Below are positions 35,015 through 40,082 of a stretch of DNA of 40,082 nt, one piece after another. Position numbers and translations under genes: made by a program. The notes below the pieces were generated by a model that was given only the letters and a program-made list of their open reading frames with translations, did no database searches and was not told the DNA's origin. Positions within the stretch are counted from its first letter, which is position 1. Every line of letters starts with the position of its first letter. This stretch comes from Candidatus Magasanikiibacteriota bacterium. GTDB lineage: Bacteria; Patescibacteriota; Patescibacteriia; Magasanikbacterales; GWA2-37-8. Where the stretch lies: contig CALRIA010000004.1 of the NCBI GenBank assembly GCA_943359595.1, positions 1-40,082 on the forward strand. The letters run 5' to 3'.

Positions 35015-35049
35015 TGAAAAAATAAAATGACTACAGCTATTCATTTTAT
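35015..35049 (-). terminator. Probable terminator after rmlB
   Basis: ATAAAATGA (35022-35030) / TCATTTTAT (35041-35049) AT-rich stem, followed by a T tract on the minus strand. Confidence 0.5.
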
Positions 35050-35073
35050 CATTTCAAAATATAATTTTTTGTA

Positions 35074-36087
35074 TTATTTAATATGATTATTTATTTCATC
35101 TTTCTTGGCCCAAATTTTTTCAACCCAATCCAAATGATTTAGATACCAATCAACGGTTTCTTTTAAACCCTGTTCAAATTTATCTCTAGTATAATCAGGC
35201 CTCCAACCCAAAGATAAAATTTTGGTAGAATCAATTGCATAACGACGATCGTGACCTGGCCTGTCCTGCACATATTCGATAAAACTTTCATCTTTACCCA
35301 TCATTTTTAAAATCATATGAGTAATTTCCATATTACTTCGCTCATTGTCAACGCCGATATTGTATACACCACCAGCTTCTCCTTTTTCTAACAATAAATC
35401 TAAAGCAGAAGCGTGATCATTTACATGGATCCAATCGCGCACATATAGACCATCTCCATACATTGGCACTTTTTCATTTTTCATTAAACGCATCACAAAA
35501 AACGGAATCAATTTTTCTGGATATTGAAATGGTCCATAATTGTTGGAACAATGCGTCACCACTACCGGCACTTTATGTGTGACAAAATAAGCATGACACA
35601 TCAAATCACCACCGGCCTTAGCGGCGGCATATGGCATATTAGGATTGATTGGAGTAAGCTCTGAAAATTTTTCTGGGCTATCCAAATGCAAAGCACCGTA
35701 TACTTCGTCTGTCGAAACATTAACCATTTTGGCCAAATTATTTATTCGAACCGCATCAAGCAACATTTGTACTCCTAAAGTATTAGTCAACACAAAATCT
35801 TTACAACCACCATGAATAGATCTGTCCACATGGGTTTCAGCCGCAAAATTTATCAGATGAGTAATGTCGTATTTTTTTATTGTTTTATTAATTTTATCCA
35901 AATCAATAATGTCACCCTGGACAAATTGATAACGAATGTTCTTTTCTATATCTTTTAAATTATCTAGGTTACCAGCATACGTTAATTTATCAAAATTTAC
36001 TATCTCACGATCTGGATATTTATTTAGATAATAATGTATAAAATTTGAACCAATAAATCCCGCTCCTCCGCAAACTAATAATTTCAT
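35074..36087 (-). CDS. rmlB: dTDP-glucose 4,6-dehydratase
   Basis: GGAGFIGSNF, DKLTYAGNL, FAAETHVDRS, STDEVYG, YAAAK, SNNYGPFQYPEKLIP, DRPGHDRRYAID. ATG 36087 preferred. Confidence 0.96.
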   Translation of the reverse strand: MKLLVCGGAGFIGSNFIHYYLNKYPDREIVNFDKLTYAGNLDNLKDIEKNIRYQFVQGDIIDLDKINKTIKKYDITHLINFAAETHVDRSIHGGCKDFVLTNTLGVQMLLDAVRINNLAKMVNVSTDEVYGALHLDSPEKFSELTPINPNMPYAAAKAGGDLMCHAYFVTHKVPVVVTHCSNNYGPFQYPEKLIPFFVMRLMKNEKVPMYGDGLYVRDWIHVNDHASALDLLLEKGEAGGVYNIGVDNERSNMEITHMILKMMGKDESFIEYVQDRPGHDRRYAIDSTKILSLGWRPDYTRDKFEQGLKETVDWYLNHLDWVEKIWAKKDEINNHIK

Positions 36088-36130
36088 AATTTCAGATCTT
36101 AACAATTATTAATATATTTTAAAAAAATAA

Positions 36131-37231
36131 TTAAATTTTTTGTCTGCTGATATTTAATACCAAAGCTACAGCTGCCAACTCCGACATTAAAGCCGAACCA
36201 CCGTGGGAAACAAACGGCAACGGCACACCAGTAAGCGGCAGAGCCCCCACCATCGCCCCAATATTTAAAAATGATTGCCAAACTAACCAAACTATGATCC
36301 CGACCACAAGTAGCCGACCAAATTCACTTTTAGTATCTTTGGCAATTTTTAGACCACGCAAACCAATCAATAAAATTAAAATTATTAAACCAGTAGAAAT
36401 AAGAAAACCAGTTTCTTCAGCAATTATTGCAAAAATAGAATCCGAATTTACTTCTGGTAGATATTGAAATTTCTGACGTGATTGTCCTATCCCCAACCCC
36501 CAAAAACCACCAGATCCAACTGCCAAAAATGCTTGGTTAATCTGGTAACCAATACCTTTTGGATCTAATTCAGGATGCATAAAAATAGTAATACGCTGTA
36601 AACGATAAGGTTTTAAGAATACCAAAAATGCAAAAACAACTATAGCGAGCATCCCCAAAACTACTAAATATTTTTTTGGTACATGCGCTTCAAGTAACAT
36701 AAAAAATAAAATAACAAGCATTATAGATAGAGTTCCGACATCTGGTTGAATCAAAACCAAAACTATAATCGGCGCTAATAAAGTTAAGATTGGGAACAAT
36801 CCCATCTGCCAATTTTGTAAATCACGCTTGCGGTCAGATAAAAGATAGGCGGCAAAAATTATTAAACCCAATTTGGCAATTTCTGACGGTTGAAAATTGT
36901 AACCAAAAATATTTATCCAACTACGCGCCCCGTTGATAACCTGACCAACACCTGGTATCAATACTAAAAGTAATAAAGTCACCGCTCCCAAATATGGCAA
37001 CCAACTTAGCTTGCGCCATTTTTCATAATTAAATTTTATTAGAAAATAACCCAGCACTAAGCCCGGTAATAATCCAAAAATTATTTGACGTTTAACAAAA
37101 AAATATGAATCATGAAATTTGCCATAAGCTAACGGTCCACTTGCCGACATTAGAGCGGCCAAGCCAAAAATCAAGAGTATCCCAATATAAAGCAAAAATA
37201 CTCGATCGATTGTACTTTCAGTACGTGCCAT
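36131..37231 (-). CDS. ftsW: SEDS peptidoglycan polymerase, FtsW type
   Basis: NGARSWI, FQPSEIAK, QPDVGT, GYQINQA..AVGSGG..G.G.G.SRQKF.YLPE..SDSIF, TGVPLPFVSHGGS. RodA is not fully excluded. Confidence 0.85.
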   Translation of the reverse strand: MARTESTIDRVFLLYIGILLIFGLAALMSASGPLAYGKFHDSYFFVKRQIIFGLLPGLVLGYFLIKFNYEKWRKLSWLPYLGAVTLLLLVLIPGVGQVINGARSWINIFGYNFQPSEIAKLGLIIFAAYLLSDRKRDLQNWQMGLFPILTLLAPIIVLVLIQPDVGTLSIMLVILFFMLLEAHVPKKYLVVLGMLAIVVFAFLVFLKPYRLQRITIFMHPELDPKGIGYQINQAFLAVGSGGFWGLGIGQSRQKFQYLPEVNSDSIFAIIAEETGFLISTGLIILILLIGLRGLKIAKDTKSEFGRLLVVGIIVWLVWQSFLNIGAMVGALPLTGVPLPFVSHGGSALMSELAAVALVLNISRQKI

Positions 37232-37234
37232 AAT

Positions 37235-37588
37235 TTAGATATTTAACCCAACTACCAGGTAAAAAGCTATAACCAAAAATAAATTGAGGGTAGCGGCTAC
37301 AACAGTCAAAAAACGAGCCAAGATTTTATCTTTACTATAACAATACCAAGACAAGGAAAAATTCAGCAAAAATATTAAAAATCCACCAAACGGTACTGCA
37401 AGTATTTTCCACCACTCCCCAATCAAATCTACTCCAAAAACTACATTGTAGTGCAAAAAAATCTGGTCAGCAGTTGGATGAACGTAAAAAGCCGCATAAA
37501 CCCACATAATTAGCTGAAAAAATAACAAAAAGACCGCTGGCATCCAGATGAAACGATCCTTCCAATAAACTTTAGGATATTTAAACAT
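37235..37588 (-). CDS. Membrane protein (3 TM), DUF1648-like
   Basis: IFLHYNVVFGVDLIGEW loop between TM helices. ATG 37588 preferred because the longer start runs over promoter elements. Confidence 0.65.
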   Translation of the reverse strand: MFKYPKVYWKDRFIWMPAVFLLFFQLIMWVYAAFYVHPTADQIFLHYNVVFGVDLIGEWWKILAVPFGGFLIFLLNFSLSWYCYSKDKILARFLTVVAATLNLFLVIAFYLVVGLNI

Positions 37589-37598
37589 AAACACCGAT

Positions 37599-37627
37599 AT
37601 TTTAGCATGTCTAACCGCCCTTGACAA
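37599..37627 (-). promoter_or_regulatory. Promoter for the DUF1648-like/ftsW/rml transcript
   Basis: Minus strand TTGTCA (37627-37622), 17 nt spacer ending TGC, TAAAAT (37604-37599). Confidence 0.7.
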
Positions 37628-37649
37628 GTTAGCCAAATTAGAATACAAT
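37621..37649 (+). promoter_or_regulatory. Sigma70-type promoter of rpmA
   Basis: TTGACA (37621-37626), 17 nt spacer, TACAAT (37644-37649). Confidence 0.85.
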
Positions 37650-37681
37650 AAAGCCACTTTTTACCATTTAAGTATTCAATT

Positions 37682-37969
37682 ATGTCACATAAAAAAGCGG
37701 GTGGTTCTACCCACCTAGGCCGAGATTCCGTCGCAAAACGCCTAGGAGTAAAAAAACATGACGGAGAGACTATTAAAGCTGGCATGATCATTGTCAAGCA
37801 ACGCGGTACAAAAATTAACGCTGGCAAAAATGTTTTGCGCGGTGGAGACGATACTCTATTTGCACACACTGCTGGTAAAGTAAAATTCTCCAGTCACAAG
37901 CGCCGTCGTTTTGATGGATCTTTGAAGACTGCACAATATGTAAGTGTGGTAGAACAAGCAACAAAATAA
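37682..37969 (+). CDS. rpmA: 50S ribosomal protein bL27
   Basis: [37 protein letters not shown]; short form with no N-terminal extension. Confidence 0.98.
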   Translation: MSHKKAGGSTHLGRDSVAKRLGVKKHDGETIKAGMIIVKQRGTKINAGKNVLRGGDDTLFAHTAGKVKFSSHKRRRFDGSLKTAQYVSVVEQATK

Positions 37970-37980
37970 ATTGTATTTTA

Positions 37981-38007
37981 AAAAACCCACCGATTGGTGG
38001 GTTTTTT
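37981..38007. terminator. Bidirectional intrinsic terminator
   Basis: AAAAACCCACC-GATT-GGTGGGTTTTTT. Confidence 0.9.
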
Positions 38008-38009
38008 GT

Positions 38010-40082
38010 TTATGGTGTAATGGACAAGCCATCATACCAAATTATTGGATCCCAAAATAATTTTACATTCATAAAATTTCTAGAATCCATATTATTAAGA
38101 ATTAGGTCTGGAAATGGAGCCAACGTGCCAGAATAAATACCCGTATCTAAATTCATCAAATTTGTATTATTTAGCATGAGCTCACCGCTATTAATTTTTA
38201 TACCATCGGTATGATCAAAATTTGGTTTTGAACCAATATAGCCAATGGTACTATTATTAACGCCAACCGTTGAATTGGTTATTTCCAAAGCATTGCCTGG
38301 CGCTCTACTGCCTAACAATTGAGAATTTTGTAATTCTAGTTCACCATTGTTTACTGTTATCATTCCCTGATAACCATCGCTACCGATTGAACCGCGTCCA
38401 CCAGATATATTGGCATTTTTAAAAATACCTTTACCACCATCAAAAATAATTCTTCCCCAATAATAATTTTCTAGTAATTGAACTGGTCTAATGTCTACCG
38501 GTTCATCTTCTGCTCCATTTAAATTTAATGTACCTTTTACAAAAATATTGGCATATTCTGGCATTTTAATGTTTGTTCCAGCTGAAATATCAACTGTAAC
38601 AGCAGGTTGAATCGTAATATTTTGCCATGTCATCGGAATATCTTTAGTAACAACTAGATCAGAAGTGATGTCCGCCTGATCAATCGCAATATTATTGGTA
38701 ACATTGTTACTAAAATTTATTTGCAACATTTTTGGCCAAATATTTTTTATATAAACCGGACCATTAGGATTGGAGAAATTATTTAAATTAATATTTTCTA
38801 ATTCTAAACTACCATCATAATTTTCTACCGCCAACTGACCATTTTTAAAATCAGTATTTTTAATGGTTGAATTTGATTTTGATAAATAAATTGTAGTATC
38901 GCCATTATCACTAAAAATAGAATTATTAATATTCAGTATGGCACTATCACTTCGCACTGCCTGAGACACCAATGAGTCCCACATATTAGCCCCAGGTGCT
39001 CTAAAAGCTTTGCCAGCATAACGCAAGTCTAGACCAGACAAGCTCGCTGTAGAACTAGCATACAACAACAAGCCCTGCCAATCTTTAGATTGAGGATTTC
39101 CAGAACGAGAACCGATAATAGCTTTATTTCCTTCGTCTTCAAAATTAGTATCTCTACCCGACGTTATAATTACTTTATTACTATCAGAACCATTAATATT
39201 TAAATTTCCTTTAATATCAACTTTAGAATCTGGATAATAAGTTTTTATTACAACCCCTGGATCAACATTTAAAGTTTTACCAACTGGAATTTCATAATAA
39301 GTTAAAATATAAGGATAATCACTTTTTTTCAAAGTGCGATTAACCTCCACTTGGCGACTCTTGAGAACAATTGAACCAAAATTTGATTGTTTTGGTGAAC
39401 CGTTGAGCGAAATGTCGTCACCACCGCCATCGACTTTACCTTCGAATCTTGGACCTTGGTTTGTTTGCCAATTGGTAGATGTATTACCAGATAAACGAGA
39501 ATTAATTTTTTCCATTGAGGAATAAGTTGTAGTTGAACCAGCGAACCAACCTCCACTATTATTTACTTCATCCACCAATTGGTTGCTTCCATCAAATAAA
39601 CGCAAACGCTCACCGCTGTTTTTTAAGGCTCCAGAATATATAATATCCGCTGAAATTTCATTGACTGTTCTATCATCTGTACGTTCAAATAAATAATAAC
39701 CATTTTTAGGAATAATTCGATTGATAATTTTACCAATACTAATTTCTTTATCACCTATCATTAGCTTCCACCATTTAGAAGTGTTAGTAGCAGAAAATAA
39801 ATTAATATCTTGATTGGTATTATTATAAAGTTCAATATACTCATCTTGGTCAGTGGCCGCCGAAGTCCCAGCCCAGGCAATTTCGTTTATTACCACATCA
39901 GGAGCTGGTGGTAATGGCTCAATGATAATCGTGGAGGTTGTAGAGGTAACTGGTGAGACTAAGATAGTCGTGGTGGCGACATCAACTGTCGTTGAAGAAA
40001 CTACACTTGATGTAGTAACAATTATAATCGAGGATGAAGTATTGATTGTCGAGGTTGTCAAAACTGTTAAAACTGGCAAAGT
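38010..40082 (-). CDS. Partial (5' end beyond the window) large surface protein: Thr/Ser-rich linker, lamin tail domain, right-handed beta-helix repeats
   Basis: Frame is open to the window edge; VVINEIAWAGT...DEYIELYN and LKNSGERLRLFD (LTD); two 'T.T..PG...K...KG.L...G' beta-helix modules. Confidence 0.85.
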   Translation of the reverse strand, partial: TLPVLTVLTTSTINTSSSIIIVTTSSVVSSTTVDVATTTILVSPVTSTTSTIIIEPLPPAPDVVINEIAWAGTSAATDQDEYIELYNNTNQDINLFSATNTSKWWKLMIGDKEISIGKIINRIIPKNGYYLFERTDDRTVNEISADIIYSGALKNSGERLRLFDGSNQLVDEVNNSGGWFAGSTTTYSSMEKINSRLSGNTSTNWQTNQGPRFEGKVDGGGDDISLNGSPKQSNFGSIVLKSRQVEVNRTLKKSDYPYILTYYEIPVGKTLNVDPGVVIKTYYPDSKVDIKGNLNINGSDSNKVIITSGRDTNFEDEGNKAIIGSRSGNPQSKDWQGLLLYASSTASLSGLDLRYAGKAFRAPGANMWDSLVSQAVRSDSAILNINNSIFSDNGDTTIYLSKSNSTIKNTDFKNGQLAVENYDGSLELENINLNNFSNPNGPVYIKNIWPKMLQINFSNNVTNNIAIDQADITSDLVVTKDIPMTWQNITIQPAVTVDISAGTNIKMPEYANIFVKGTLNLNGAEDEPVDIRPVQLLENYYWGRIIFDGGKGIFKNANISGGRGSIGSDGYQGMITVNNGELELQNSQLLGSRAPGNALEITNSTVGVNNSTIGYIGSKPNFDHTDGIKINSGELMLNNTNLMNLDTGIYSGTLAPFPDLILNNMDSRNFMNVKLFWDPIIWYDGLSITP

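Noticed and set aside
1-40082. Alternative genetic code 25 (TGA = Gly), as in Gracilibacteria/Absconditabacteria
   Set aside because: Conserved genes are full length under code 11, and TGA ends genes at sensible positions (e.g. 3126-3128, overlapping the next ATG).
1-40082. CRISPR array, tRNA/rRNA, IS or prophage
   Set aside because: No regularly spaced repeats, cloverleaf/T-loop signatures, or transposase, integrase or phage structural motifs were seen; intergenic gaps are mostly too small.

Overview
This AT-rich 40 kb window of bacterial chromosome reads like a Patescibacteria/CPR (Parcubacteria-type) genome; that assignment is an inference from gene content, 0-7 nt gene packing and scarce Shine-Dalgarno sites. 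Standard code 11 fits, since TGA is used as stop. Housekeeping genes: probable dnaB tail, ybaB/ebfC, recR, rplU, mraZ-rsmH-ftsL-like, a beta-CASP MBL nuclease, murJ, lepA, recJ, ftsW and rpmA. A large surface-glycan region spans about 19.3-36.1 kb: rmlB, an FdtA-like cupin, rmlD, PGI/PMI, five GT2s, long-form rmlA, a polyprenyl-phosphate sugar transferase, a UXS-like SDR and DUF2304. The window ends in a partial lamin-tail/beta-helix surface protein. I saw no tRNA, rRNA, CRISPR array or recognisable transposase/integrase. Strongest leads: (1) a membrane-anchored, Zn-finger-capped Clp/Hsp100 ATPase with a degenerate first ATPase module, both pore-loop tyrosines missing, and a tightly coupled small membrane partner; (2) a stand-alone phospho-His swivel domain + unknown protein + histidine-phosphatase-like trio inside the glycan operon; (3) a structured rplU 5' leader with tandem G-A pairs; (4) an unannotated Hanks-type kinase-fold protein that shares an N-terminal motif with the phosphatase. 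All calls come from reading motifs by eye; no database search was run.
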